A stretch of DNA of 64,000 nt from an uncultured Fibrobacteria bacterium (GCA_963716395.1 OY970309.1:1152001-1216000); one strand, 5' to 3'; shown: positions 21,099-31,321, numbered from the stretch's first letter. Made by a program: numbers and translations. The notes: generated by a model not told the origin, from the sequence alone.

Positions 21099-22487
21099 TC
21101 AATACGCAGCGAGGTTCTTTCTGACGACCTTCGCCCCGGCCCGGAATTCGAGGATGTAACGGCCGCGGGAAAGCGATGCCAGCGGCAATTTCACTGCGTG
21201 ATTCCCCGCCGGCAGAAAAGCCTGGATCAGGTTCGCGACGACGGCGCCCTGCAGGTTCAAGAGCCGCAGGGTCACCGAAGACGCGTCGGGAACGCGATAA
21301 TGGATCACGCCCGCCTGCACCGTCAGCCCATTCAACAAAAAAATCCCATTGGGGCCGGAAGGCCGGATGCTCTCGCTGGAAAAGCTTCCGGATTTGGCGC
21401 CGGCCACGATCGCCTGCGCGATGGTCGGAAAATCCCAGGAAGGCGGGTTGGTCTTTCTGTTCAGGAGGTGAAAAGAGGCGCCGTCATCCCACCAGACCGG
21501 AAGCATGCCGTAGATCCGGCATTGTTGCGCGTAATAGAACGCATGCTGCACGCGCGAATTCAGGTCATCGCAATTCTCGGTGCCCCATTCGCCGACGATG
21601 GCGGTCCCATGCTTCGTGGCCACCATGCCTTGCTCCGATTGCAGATCGCTTCGGATGCCGGCCGAATCGGAGGCGGAACCCCAGGTGTTCGGACTGCAAT
21701 TCATGGAATAATTGACCGGGTCATAGGTGTGGATCGAGACGATGATATTGTCATCGACCATGGGGATGGTGCCGACCGAGACCGCGATGGGGGAGGCGGA
21801 AATGCCTTGCAGCACGATCATGCGGGTGGCGTTGTTCCCCCCCGTGGCGCGGATGGCGTTTACGGCCGCCTTCTGGTAGGCCGCCAGATTGGCGCGGCTG
21901 GCGGAATCCCCTCCGCCATACTCATTGGGGGCCCCATTCTGGGGTTCGTTGAAAATCTCGAAGACGACGTAATCTCCATAATCCTTGAAAGCATTGGCGA
22001 TCTGCGTCCAAATCGCGGCCACCTCGGTTGAAATCGCGGGCACTTGCGCGGGGGTTGCATTCAAGGGAAACCAGCCGCCCGTTGTCCCGTCATGATGGAT
22101 ATTGACCATGACGTACATGCTGTCATTGAGAGCGTAGTTGGCGATGGTCACGACCCGCGCGAGCCAGGTCGGATCGATAGTGTAGTTGGGAGCGCCGCCG
22201 AAATGGCCTTGCCAGGTTACCGGCAGCCGCATGAATTTGAATCCCATGGCATGCACCGCATCGATCATCGCCTGCGTCGTCACGGGATTGCCCCAACTGG
22301 TTTCATCGGGGGTGGCATCCATGGTATTGCCCAGGTTCCAGCCGACCAGCATATCCTGGACATATTGCTTCGGGGTCCAACCCCGCATGGGGGCATAGGC
22401 TACGCTGGCGGCGTGGAGATGGGGTACGCCAAGAGTTGCGATCAAGAAAAAGCTTAGCGTTTGGCGGATGGATACCCCTTTAGACAT
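21099..22487 (-). CDS. Secreted GH5 endoglucanase (GH5_4-like) with T9SS-like C-terminal tail
   Basis: GWNLGNTMD, ETSWGNP, RLPVTW, NIHHD, FNEP (acid/base), HTYDP, VGEWG (nucleophile), WWDDG; tail ...LNLQG.VV...G.YIL. Confidence 0.9.
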   Translation of the reverse strand: MSKGVSIRQTLSFFLIATLGVPHLHAASVAYAPMRGWTPKQYVQDMLVGWNLGNTMDATPDETSWGNPVTTQAMIDAVHAMGFKFMRLPVTWQGHFGGAPNYTIDPTWLARVVTIANYALNDSMYVMVNIHHDGTTGGWFPLNATPAQVPAISTEVAAIWTQIANAFKDYGDYVVFEIFNEPQNGAPNEYGGGDSASRANLAAYQKAAVNAIRATGGNNATRMIVLQGISASPIAVSVGTIPMVDDNIIVSIHTYDPVNYSMNCSPNTWGSASDSAGIRSDLQSEQGMVATKHGTAIVGEWGTENCDDLNSRVQHAFYYAQQCRIYGMLPVWWDDGASFHLLNRKTNPPSWDFPTIAQAIVAGAKSGSFSSESIRPSGPNGIFLLNGLTVQAGVIHYRVPDASSVTLRLLNLQGAVVANLIQAFLPAGNHAVKLPLASLSRGRYILEFRAGAKVVRKNLAAY

Positions 22488-22859
22488 GGTAAACCCTTCG
22501 CAATGATTAGATGTTGGTTTCACCTTCGACTCGGTAAAATCCGGTGCCCCGATGGGATCGACCTTTCTACAACAGTATCTTGTAGCGGCTTCCTCGTTCA
22601 AAGCCTTTGGAAAGCTCGGCTAATTTTTTCCCTACCGTAGCGCCGAAGCGCTGTTTGTGCAGGGCTTTTCTAGGCGTGGACGCACGGGCGGTTTTTCCAC
22701 CCGGGTCCGCGCTGCGCCACCCCGGCTACATCTTCGGTCGATCAGGAAGGATATTTTCACTCGGGGGCCACAAATCACTTCTTCACGCATAACGGGTAAG
22801 TCCCAATCAAACCACGGTAAAACCGCGGACGCACGCCGCTTCGGGCGGGAACCTTGGCC

Positions 22860-23831
22860 ATGACTTCCGTTCCTCTGCTGTCCGCGCGCCGATTCCGCAC
22901 CTTCTTTCCCATCACCGGAGGTTTGTGGCGCCGCACCGTGGGGCAGGTTCAGGCGGTGCGCGACGTTACGTTGGCGATTTTTCCCGGCGAAGTGGTGGCC
23001 TTGGTGGGCGAATCGGGTTGCGGCAAAAGCACCCTGGGGTTTTCACTGCTGGGTCTGGTGCCGCCCACGGCGGGCGAACTTGAGCTCGACGGCCGGCGCG
23101 TCGATCTCCGCAAACCGTCTGCGTGGAAGCCCTTTCGCCGCGATTTTCAAATCGTCTTCCAGGATCCCTACTCCGCGCTTAACCCGCGCCTGACGGTCTT
23201 CGAACTTTTATCCGAACCTCTGCGCGTGCACAAACTGGTTCCGCCGGCGGAATTGCGGCCCGCCGCGGCGGAATTGTTGCGGCAGGTGGGCCTGGAGCCC
23301 GAAATGCTCGATCGCTTTCCCCATGCCTTTTCGGGCGGACAGCGCCAACGTCTTTGCATTGCACGCGCCTTGGGCCTGCGTCCCAAATTGCTGGTTTGCG
23401 ACGAAGTTGTGTCGGCCCTCGACGTGTCGGTGCAGGCGCAAATCGTCAACCTCTTGCTGGAATTGAAACGCCGCCATCATTTGGCTTTGCTCTTCATCAC
23501 CCATGATCTGTCGCTGGTGCGGGCCATCGCCAATCGCGTGCTGGTCATGTATCTGGGTCGCATCGTCGAAAGCGCGCCGGCCGAGGCCTTATTCCGCGCT
23601 CCCGCACACCCCTATACGCGGGCCTTGCTCGACGCCATTCCCACCTTGGATCGCGACCGCCGGCCCAAGCCTCTGGCCGGGGAAATTCCCTCGGCCTCCG
23701 ACCCGCCGCCAGGCTGTTCCTTTGCCGGCCGCTGCCCCCGCGCTCAGGATCGCTGCCGGCGCGCCAGCCCCGAATTGCATGAGCTGGGTGGCGGCCGCGA
23801 GGTCGCCTGTTTCGACCCGTTATCCGGGTGA
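22860..23831 (+). CDS. Oligopeptide/dipeptide ABC transporter ATPase (OppF/DppF type)
   Basis: GESGCGKST, VFQDPYSALNPR, FSGGQRQR, SALDVSVQAQ and HPYT motifs. Confidence 0.92.
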   Translation: MTSVPLLSARRFRTFFPITGGLWRRTVGQVQAVRDVTLAIFPGEVVALVGESGCGKSTLGFSLLGLVPPTAGELELDGRRVDLRKPSAWKPFRRDFQIVFQDPYSALNPRLTVFELLSEPLRVHKLVPPAELRPAAAELLRQVGLEPEMLDRFPHAFSGGQRQRLCIARALGLRPKLLVCDEVVSALDVSVQAQIVNLLLELKRRHHLALLFITHDLSLVRAIANRVLVMYLGRIVESAPAEALFRAPAHPYTRALLDAIPTLDRDRRPKPLAGEIPSASDPPPGCSFAGRCPRAQDRCRRASPELHELGGGREVACFDPLSG

Positions 23832-23994
23832 CGAAGGCCGTATCAAACTTGCGGCCAAAGGGTTCGTGTCAAATGCCGAACCAAATTCTGGAATTCTCGC
23901 CGTTTATCGACTGTGATTTTCCCTGCCGCCCACGTGCGTGGATCGAAGGTATTTTACCAAGACGAGGGGGCGGATTTTCAGCCAGGGGGAAGTC

Positions 23995-25440
23995 ATGGGT
24001 AATAAAAATTTTGGCACGGCGCTAACGATCCTTTTTGTGATGGCTGTCATGGGGTTGGCCGCGCCTTTGCCGACAACGGTGACCTTCACCAATTTTTTCG
24101 GAAACCAGGTCACCTTTCAGAATCCGCTGTATTTCAGCGAGATGCCGGGGAAACCCGGATATTACGTCGTGCTGGAGCAATATTTGGGACAGGTCAGCGT
24201 GGTGCACAAAGAGAATGGAACCTGGGTCAAAACCGTGATGGATACGGTAACCCTTGGTCCCGATGTCACGGCGCAAAATGAAATGGGTCTTCTGGGCATC
24301 GCCTTTCATCCCGACTACGCGACGACGCACAAGTATTATCTGACCTATAATCCCACTACCGCGGCGACCTGGTTGGTGGCCCGGCAAGCCGACACGTCGC
24401 TTATTCGCCGGGACACGACCGTGGCTTCGGTGCATTTTCTCACCATCAACAAGCCCTACACCAATCACAATGGCGGCACCATTGGATTCTCGCCCAAGGA
24501 TACGGGCAGCTATCTGTATTTCGGAACCGGGGACGGTGGCGGCACCAATGGCGATTCACTCAACCGAGCGCAAAGCCCCGATTCGCTGCAGGGAAAATTC
24601 CTGCGCATCGACGTCGATCATCCGGCCAACGGCAAACCTTACGGCATTCCGGCCGACAATCCCTTCATCGACAGCGCCGACTATGCCCCGGAAATTTTTT
24701 CGCTGGGCGAACGCAATCCCTGGAAATGGAGCTTCGATCCGGTGACGGGAATCATGTGGCTGGGGCATGTGGGGCAGGATTTGTGGGAAGCGGCCACCGT
24801 GGTTCCCAAAGGCAGCAACCTCGGCTGGCACGTGGTCGAAGGCGGGCATTGCTATGACCCGGCCACCGGCTGCAGCATGGCCGGCTACCAGATGCCCTTC
24901 ACCAGTTACGAACACGGCGCCTCGACCCTGTTCACGGGATATTGCGTTATCGGCGGTTACGTCTATCGCGGCAATCCGAATTCACCTTTTTACGGCGTGT
25001 ATTTCATGGGGGATAACAACAACGGCAAGGTGTGGGCGGTAAAAACCGACGGCGTGTCGGTGCAAGACAGCGCGTTGGAAGGCACGGTCAGCAATCTCAC
25101 TTCCTTTGGAACCGACTTGGCCGGCAATTTGTACGCCGTAAGCCGCGACGGACCGATCTATGCCCTGGGGGGGCCGGATCTCGTCCCTTCGGCAATTTCC
25201 CAGTTCGCGAAATCCACCCGTCAAAATTTTGCAAATACCACATTAACCTCTCCGGGGGCGCTACTGCCCACAAACTTGTTCGGCTCTTATATTTACGCAA
25301 ATCTGTATTCCCTGGCCGGGAGGCGAGTCGCGATCATCGAGCGAAATAACGCAATAGTCCCTAAAGATATGAAGGCCGGAATGTATATCTTGAAAACGGC
25401 TGGAAACAATTTGAAACCAAGCTTGCTGGTGGTTCAATGA
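23995..25440 (+). CDS. PQQ-dependent sugar dehydrogenase (GSDH beta-propeller) family secreted protein with T9SS-like tail
   Basis: EMGLLGIAFHPD, NHNGG, GDGG, GKFLRIDVD, PEIFSLG.RNPWKWSFD, VIGGYVYRG and SFGTD motifs. Confidence 0.88.
   Translation: MGNKNFGTALTILFVMAVMGLAAPLPTTVTFTNFFGNQVTFQNPLYFSEMPGKPGYYVVLEQYLGQVSVVHKENGTWVKTVMDTVTLGPDVTAQNEMGLLGIAFHPDYATTHKYYLTYNPTTAATWLVARQADTSLIRRDTTVASVHFLTINKPYTNHNGGTIGFSPKDTGSYLYFGTGDGGGTNGDSLNRAQSPDSLQGKFLRIDVDHPANGKPYGIPADNPFIDSADYAPEIFSLGERNPWKWSFDPVTGIMWLGHVGQDLWEAATVVPKGSNLGWHVVEGGHCYDPATGCSMAGYQMPFTSYEHGASTLFTGYCVIGGYVYRGNPNSPFYGVYFMGDNNNGKVWAVKTDGVSVQDSALEGTVSNLTSFGTDLAGNLYAVSRDGPIYALGGPDLVPSAISQFAKSTRQNFANTTLTSPGALLPTNLFGSYIYANLYSLAGRRVAIIERNNAIVPKDMKAGMYILKTAGNNLKPSLLVVQ
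24913..25179 (+). repeat. 267-bp direct repeat, copy 1 (left island boundary)
   Basis: Identical to 35746-36012 except one base (T25107 vs C35940), by manual alignment. Confidence 0.97.
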
Positions 25441-25450
25441 ATCGCCGGAT

Positions 25451-28400
25451 CTACTGTTCGTAGGCACCCATATCAACCCGGCCCGACTGCACACGCCGAG
25501 CGCCCGTGATATCGGTGGCGGGAAGATCCGCGGTATTGGTGTCGCCGGAATTGATACAAGGACTGTGGGCAAAGAGATTCAAGCCATCATCGGATGTAAA
25601 GTATTTTCCATCGAGGCCGGTGGGGGATGCGGAATTCTTAAAAAGAGGGTTATCTACTATGTTACCGGCCATCGATTGTATAACCCCCGCACCAATCTTT
25701 TGAATGGAATTTGTTCCGCCAGTAATGTCGGAATAACTAATTGATAAGCTATCGATACCTTCGGGGACAGATGCTGTATCTGACGCGACAACGATGCGAT
25801 AGATATCGCTTCCCCAAAAAATCGAATTCTTTACAGTAGCTTGCATGGCACTACCAGTCGGTGAATTTAGATATAAATCGCCACCGCTATTATTCATTGA
25901 GGAGTTATTCATAAATGTGCAATTACTCATATTTAACGTTGAAGCACTGCCATAGATCGCGCCTCCCGTTGACGCCGAGTTTGAAGTAAATACACAATTT
26001 TCCAAGGTTAAGTTTACCGATCCAGTAAAAGATATTGCGCCTCCTGACGACCCTAAATTCCCGGCATTTCCGGAGAAGAGGGTGTTCAATATTGTGGTGT
26101 TTCCGGAATTGATTCGAACCCCTCCGACACCGCCTGTTGATGAAGGATGGTTACTAATGAATTGACAAGACATAATGACAGGTGTGCCATCTTCGATATC
26201 CAAAGCTCCTGAGGGTCCTGTGTTGTCTTCGAAAATGCAATTGGATAAAGTCGGCGCCCCTCCTGATAAAACAACCGTTGCATATGTTTGGCTTGAATTC
26301 CTTAGGAAAATGCAATTCTGGATATTAGCGTTGGAACCACTATTCAGCATCGCTCCGCCTCCGTACTGCTGTTGTACATTATTATTGTCGCGGAACGTAC
26401 AATTAAACACTTGAGGTGAAACAAATGCGTTTTGCATTGCAGCATTGTATTCATAACCAGCCGTATATGCCTTTTCCAACACAAATCCATCCAAAGTCGC
26501 ATTATCGGCCCCGAAAACAATGATTCCCAAATTATCCGTACTGTCATTGGGATTGCCGCGCTCCCCGCTCAAAGAGGTTTCATTACTAACCCAGTCCCGC
26601 AGAGTACGGTCGTCCTCTTTACCTGAAAACCCGCCGTACATATTGACACCCGTTTTCATTACAAAGCTGGTGTCAAAGGTATCACTGTCGGAACGCCCTG
26701 CAGCAGGCTTATAAATCCCTTTGGCGACCCACAACTCCTGACCGCTTTGAGCTCGACCCAACGCTGTTTGCAAATACTTGTAGGCGGATGTCCACGAATT
26801 TCCATCGCCACCGGCAATGGCCGCGGCGTTCACGAATAGCACATTGCTTCTACGCGTCACGGTAATCGACATCGAACTCGAATTGCCCGCCGAGTCGGTA
26901 GCTGAATCTGCAATGACATTTACCCCTTCATTCAAAGACTTTGTTCCCGCAGCTTGCACAACACCATCGACACTCCATTGAACCTGCACGCTGCTTTGAT
27001 TGGTCACCAAGCTATCCGGGGGCGAAATAATGACAATTTCCGGCGGCGTAATGTCGATTCTGGCGATTCCACTGCTGTCCGGGGCCGACCAATTGCCGGC
27101 GACATCACGCTCCTCGATGTAAAGCACATGCCGCCCTTGGGAAAGATTTGAAGCGGGGGTAAACGACGAATCGGCTTTCCCCACGGTGTCCGAAAAAATC
27201 GCGGTGTCGAGTTTAAAGCGGTAATATCCGCATCCGCCGCTTCCACCCGATTTCCAGGTCCATGTCGGTTTTTGGTTCTTCGTTAACCCTGGAGCCGTAA
27301 CCGAGGGCTTATTGGGCGGCGTCTTGTCCCAAGTCACGGTGATGGAATCCGAAGCCGCATTGTTGGTCAAGGTATCGTGGTAAGTGCGCGTGATGCCGTT
27401 TTGCCCTTCTTTGGAAAAATGCTCGGTGGTGTCGCTGGTTTGCGCCGCGCCGTTCACGCTCCAACGCACGATAACAATGCTGTCACGCGTAACATAGCCG
27501 TTTGCAGGCGAATTGATCACCACCTTCAAGACACGAACCGAGTCGGCGATGCTGAGCTGGAGGGTCAGATGCGACGATGCCGGAGGCTTGTGGCTGTCGG
27601 TGGAAGTAATGGTCACGGTTTTCGCCCCCGAGTCCGAGAACGAAGGCGTGAAAGACCAAGTGAGCGGGTTTTGGCTGATGGAGCCGAGCGAAGCCGCGAA
27701 TGAAACCGAGTCGCCTTCGGCATCGCCGAGATACAGGCTGTCAAGCCGAAGCGACATCACCTTGCCTTGCTTGCCGGCGAGGCTTGCTGAATCCGCTTTC
27801 CACTTGGGCGCGCTATTCGAGTCAAGCACCGTAACCTGTATGTCCAGAGTGTCATACAGCGGGGGATGGCTTTGATCTTCGGTCACGAAATTAAACGTGG
27901 CGCTTACCGAATCGCCGCCCGAATCCACGCAGGCAAAGGCGGGTTTGAAGCTGAACGCGCCGCTGGTGGTGTCATAGCTCGGGTTGCCGCAGGCGGAGGG
28001 CAAGGGGTTTTGCAGATGCAGCAAACGCGCGCTGTCTTGGGCATTGGAATCCTTGGCCATGACATGCAGGGCAAGGGTTGCGCCTTCGTTGATTTGGAAG
28101 GAGGTGCTGCCGCTGTCAGGCAGGGCCAACCACATCAGCGGCTTATGATTTTGGGTATGCGCCGTGTCCGGCACAATCAACGTGTCGAGCTTGGGCGCAC
28201 CTGCCTTGCCGTTGGTGAAGGGCAGCTCCAACATAATGGCCAGGGAATCATGGCGATAACCGGTGAGGACGATTGTGAAATTATTGGAGGGCAAATGCCC
28301 GAGATTCAGGTTTTGAAGTTGCGAAGAGTCTTTGTAGGCATCATGGAAAACGACTTTTTGATTCGTGGTGTCGGTGCCATTGACCACCACGGCTTTGATT

Positions 28401-28555
28401 TGAATGGAGTCGTATTTACCTGCCGTGGCTTTGAGAGAATCGCCCACGGTCAGGGTCAGGATGGTATCTCCTCCGGAATTCGAAACATTGCAGGTCCACG
28501 CGAAAAAGGCCAAGGAGGCAAAGAAAACCAAGCGAATGAAATTTTTGCGAGTCAC
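25451..28555 (-). CDS. Surface lipoprotein: Ig/cadherin-like repeats plus right-handed beta-helix with choice-of-anchor-Q-like end
   Basis: Lipobox-like FAWTC; D.TPP Ig repeats; DG.SW..AY..LQ.AL, GGA repeats, N..F..N.S; ends SPCINSG...DITGARR...VDMGAYE. Confidence 0.8.
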   Translation of the reverse strand: MTRKNFIRLVFFASLAFFAWTCNVSNSGGDTILTLTVGDSLKATAGKYDSIQIKAVVVNGTDTTNQKVVFHDAYKDSSQLQNLNLGHLPSNNFTIVLTGYRHDSLAIMLELPFTNGKAGAPKLDTLIVPDTAHTQNHKPLMWLALPDSGSTSFQINEGATLALHVMAKDSNAQDSARLLHLQNPLPSACGNPSYDTTSGAFSFKPAFACVDSGGDSVSATFNFVTEDQSHPPLYDTLDIQVTVLDSNSAPKWKADSASLAGKQGKVMSLRLDSLYLGDAEGDSVSFAASLGSISQNPLTWSFTPSFSDSGAKTVTITSTDSHKPPASSHLTLQLSIADSVRVLKVVINSPANGYVTRDSIVIVRWSVNGAAQTSDTTEHFSKEGQNGITRTYHDTLTNNAASDSITVTWDKTPPNKPSVTAPGLTKNQKPTWTWKSGGSGGCGYYRFKLDTAIFSDTVGKADSSFTPASNLSQGRHVLYIEERDVAGNWSAPDSSGIARIDITPPEIVIISPPDSLVTNQSSVQVQWSVDGVVQAAGTKSLNEGVNVIADSATDSAGNSSSMSITVTRRSNVLFVNAAAIAGGDGNSWTSAYKYLQTALGRAQSGQELWVAKGIYKPAAGRSDSDTFDTSFVMKTGVNMYGGFSGKEDDRTLRDWVSNETSLSGERGNPNDSTDNLGIIVFGADNATLDGFVLEKAYTAGYEYNAAMQNAFVSPQVFNCTFRDNNNVQQQYGGGAMLNSGSNANIQNCIFLRNSSQTYATVVLSGGAPTLSNCIFEDNTGPSGALDIEDGTPVIMSCQFISNHPSSTGGVGGVRINSGNTTILNTLFSGNAGNLGSSGGAISFTGSVNLTLENCVFTSNSASTGGAIYGSASTLNMSNCTFMNNSSMNNSGGDLYLNSPTGSAMQATVKNSIFWGSDIYRIVVASDTASVPEGIDSLSISYSDITGGTNSIQKIGAGVIQSMAGNIVDNPLFKNSASPTGLDGKYFTSDDGLNLFAHSPCINSGDTNTADLPATDITGARRVQSGRVDMGAYEQ

Positions 28556-28903
28556 GGCGATTCAAATCACAACCAAAAATCCAATGCGATAGAATAAAAG
28601 GCCGGGATGCCCGACTTCTCGGAAACGCCGAGGACATGTTTGAATCCGCCGAAGGCGGACGAGTTCGACAGGCCTTGCCGAGAAGTCGCCGACCGGCCCC
28701 GGGCATTTAGAATATGATTCGAATTCATTGAATGCTCCCAAGCTCATTTCACCACCTTAGGCCCGCCGCGGTGCAGGTACAAAACACTTGTTGGAAAGCC
28801 TAGAAAATTGGAATCCCGAGTGCCATTTCGAGTTACACAGTATCACGGCTTCGCAAATAAGAATTTTTTCAACCGAACGCATTCAAAAATTGGCGCTTTT
28901 CAG

Positions 28904-28919
28904 GGTGACGTAGGTCACA
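28904..28919. promoter_or_regulatory. CRP/FNR-type box upstream of the PAAR gene
   Basis: GGTGA-cgtagg-TCACA, ending 64 bp before ATG 28984. Confidence 0.5.
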
Positions 28920-28983
28920 ATTCACAGGATTGGTGAAGGGTTACCTTTTTCGGGGAACTTCGTAACCTAACCTCGGAGGCAAC

Positions 28984-30813
28984 ATGGGCAAACCCGCGGC
29001 GCGATTGACCGACAGCACAGCGCATGGCGGCCTGGTCACCGGCCCGGGCTGCCCGACCGTACTCATCGGCAAAATGCCGGCCGCCACCATGGGCGACATG
29101 CACGTTTGCCCCATGCTGACCCCGGGCGTGCCGCCCATTCCCCATGTGGGCGGGCCCATCACCTTGGGCAGCACCGGCGTATTCATCGGCAAGAAACCCG
29201 CGGCGCGCTTGGGCGATATGTGCGTGTGTGTAGGTCCGCCCTCGACCATCATCATGGGATGCATGACCGTGCTCATCGGCGAGGTGGGCAGCGGCTCGCA
29301 GGCCGCCAGCGCGGCCTCGGCATTAGCGGCGCAAGCGGCTAAAGCCACGGGCCCCAAGTCTTTGAAAGCGGGAGATCCTCCGCCGGTGCCGGAAGTGGCC
29401 ACGGAAAACCACATCATCGACTGCGAATTCACCGACGCGGCGGGCAAACCCTTGGCCGGCGTGGGCTATCGCATCAAAGACCCCAACGGAATGGAAATCG
29501 CGGGCGGCAGCACGGTGGAAGGCAAAGGGTATCATCCGGGTTACGCCAAAGCCGGGAGCTTCGAGATTCACGTTTTGTCGCTGAAGAACGCCAAGTGGAA
29601 GAAGAGCAAGGTGAAGATGGGCGAGGCCGCCGAGTTTTCGGTAGAAGCCGACTTGTTCGGAGACCACCCCGAAGTGTATGTGAACATCTACCAGTGCCGG
29701 GGCGGCCTGCGGCGCTGGGTGGCCAGCCAGGTGTTGCCGGTAAAAGGCGGCAAGGCCGAAGGCAAATGGCAGCCGAGTTATGAAGAACTGGGGGTCGAAG
29801 AAAATGACGCGGACGCGGCCGACGCTACGGATGCGGCGCCCCCGACCTATTCGGATCCGGCCACCTATGAATTCGTGTGCGACGGCAACGGCGTCATCGC
29901 GTTATCGGATGACATGCATTTTGTCGACGACCTGGAGATCGAGTTGTTGGACGCGAAGAACAAGGGTGTTCCGAATGCGGATTACGAAGTGGAATTCCCC
30001 AGCGGCGAGGTGAAAAAGGGAAAACTGGACGGAAGCGGCAAGGCGAAGCTGACCGAGGTGGAGCCGAGCCATGTCAAGATTCGGTTTCCGGGTGAAGACG
30101 AAAAGCAGAAGGAAAAGGAGAAAGCGGCGGGTAGTCCATCAAATTCATCAAGTGGGAAGAACAAAAACGAGACAGATGAAAAAGAAGACACTGGCGCGGC
30201 AAAGAAAAAACCGCCTGACAAGTTGGATATGCGCTTCCCGTTAGACGTGGACTTGCGCGAGATCATTAAAACAAAATTTTCATACCGCGAGGGAGAAAGG
30301 CAATTTGGAGCGCCCAGGAATGGTGGCAAGAGAGCTCATGCGGGTTGCGATTTATATGCCCCACTTGGAACGCCGATTTATGCAGTCGCGGACGGGACAT
30401 TCGCCAGATATGCAAATTTTTATGATCAAACCTGGGAAATCGAAATTAATCATGGGGAATTTACAGTTAGGTATGGTGAAGTGCAACCTCCTTGGAATCA
30501 GGCGTCCGAAATGTACGATTACCCTCCAGATCAAAACCAATGTAAAGGCATGCCCCATTTATTTAAACGAGATGAAATAATTAGCAAAGGTCAGTTGATT
30601 GGTTGGATTGGAGAATTACGCAAAGTTGATCACAATGGAAATGTTAAAACTATTAGACCTATGCTTCATTTTGAAATGTATTATAATCAAAGCCAAGGCC
30701 TTTTGACCGACTATTCAAATCTCACTTACGACTTTGTATCAGAAAAAAAATATATGCGAAGAAAGGACTTGCTCAATCCGGCAACGTTTTTGGATCAATC
30801 TTCGGATGCTTGA
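28984..30813 (+). CDS. PAAR-domain polymorphic toxin: PAAR, transthyretin-like domains, Ser/Lys linker, M23-like peptidase tip
   Basis: KPAARLTD, MPAATMGD and KPAARLGD repeats; LEIELLD...VPNADYEV...GKLDGSGKA; RAHAGCDLYAPLGTPIYAVADG...MLHFEMY; GGAGG RBS. Confidence 0.9.
   Translation: MGKPAARLTDSTAHGGLVTGPGCPTVLIGKMPAATMGDMHVCPMLTPGVPPIPHVGGPITLGSTGVFIGKKPAARLGDMCVCVGPPSTIIMGCMTVLIGEVGSGSQAASAASALAAQAAKATGPKSLKAGDPPPVPEVATENHIIDCEFTDAAGKPLAGVGYRIKDPNGMEIAGGSTVEGKGYHPGYAKAGSFEIHVLSLKNAKWKKSKVKMGEAAEFSVEADLFGDHPEVYVNIYQCRGGLRRWVASQVLPVKGGKAEGKWQPSYEELGVEENDADAADATDAAPPTYSDPATYEFVCDGNGVIALSDDMHFVDDLEIELLDAKNKGVPNADYEVEFPSGEVKKGKLDGSGKAKLTEVEPSHVKIRFPGEDEKQKEKEKAAGSPSNSSSGKNKNETDEKEDTGAAKKKPPDKLDMRFPLDVDLREIIKTKFSYREGERQFGAPRNGGKRAHAGCDLYAPLGTPIYAVADGTFARYANFYDQTWEIEINHGEFTVRYGEVQPPWNQASEMYDYPPDQNQCKGMPHLFKRDEIISKGQLIGWIGELRKVDHNGNVKTIRPMLHFEMYYNQSQGLLTDYSNLTYDFVSEKKYMRRKDLLNPATFLDQSSDA
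30037..30131 (+). repeat. 95-bp pre-toxin homology arm (parent copy)
   Basis: Matches 31371-31465 at 88/95 positions by manual alignment. Confidence 0.95.
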
Positions 30814-30814
30814 T

Positions 30815-31321
30815 ATGCACAGACCCTTTAAAAAGGTTGTAATTATAATTACAGGAGCACTTTATATCTTGGCCAATGCAGCCGATTATTCTTTCAAAAT
30901 TCTTTCTAAAGACAATCCTGATCACCTCAAAGAAATTAAAAGGATGTACGTCGAAGGGAAATTAAAGCCCGAAGAAAATAATAGTTTCGGAGATGGGAAG
31001 AGAACAGATCTGGGCTATGAAATAATTTCAGAAAAACCCGATCTATGGTGTTTATGTTTTGCTTATTATCCGGGTCCAAGTCCGGATTCAAATCGGGTGC
31101 TTGACGCAATCGAGTGGAAGTCGAAAAGAGGAATTTTCATTGATATTACAGATTGTGCTTCCAAGCTCAATATCAACGAGATAATTCCGGCACTAGTTAC
31201 CAAAAAAAACGGAAAGACTATTGTTCTTAGGGCATGGGTAGGCAATCCCATGACTGAAAAATTCGAGGCCGTCCCAAAATCGGCTGTAAACTGTAGAGAC
31301 GAAAACGAAGACGAAGATTAA
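30815..31321 (+). CDS. Putative periplasmic immunity protein for the M23 tip
   Basis: Directly follows the toxin stop; signal peptide (KKVVIIITGALYILANA); several Cys; AT-rich. Confidence 0.7.
   Translation: MHRPFKKVVIIITGALYILANAADYSFKILSKDNPDHLKEIKRMYVEGKLKPEENNSFGDGKRTDLGYEIISEKPDLWCLCFAYYPGPSPDSNRVLDAIEWKSKRGIFIDITDCASKLNINEIIPALVTKKNGKTIVLRAWVGNPMTEKFEAVPKSAVNCRDENEDED

Noticed and set aside
22488-22859. Riboswitch or operator upstream of GH5 (CTACAA-N7-TTGTAG at 22567-22585)
   Set aside because: A single short palindrome with no recognisable riboswitch consensus
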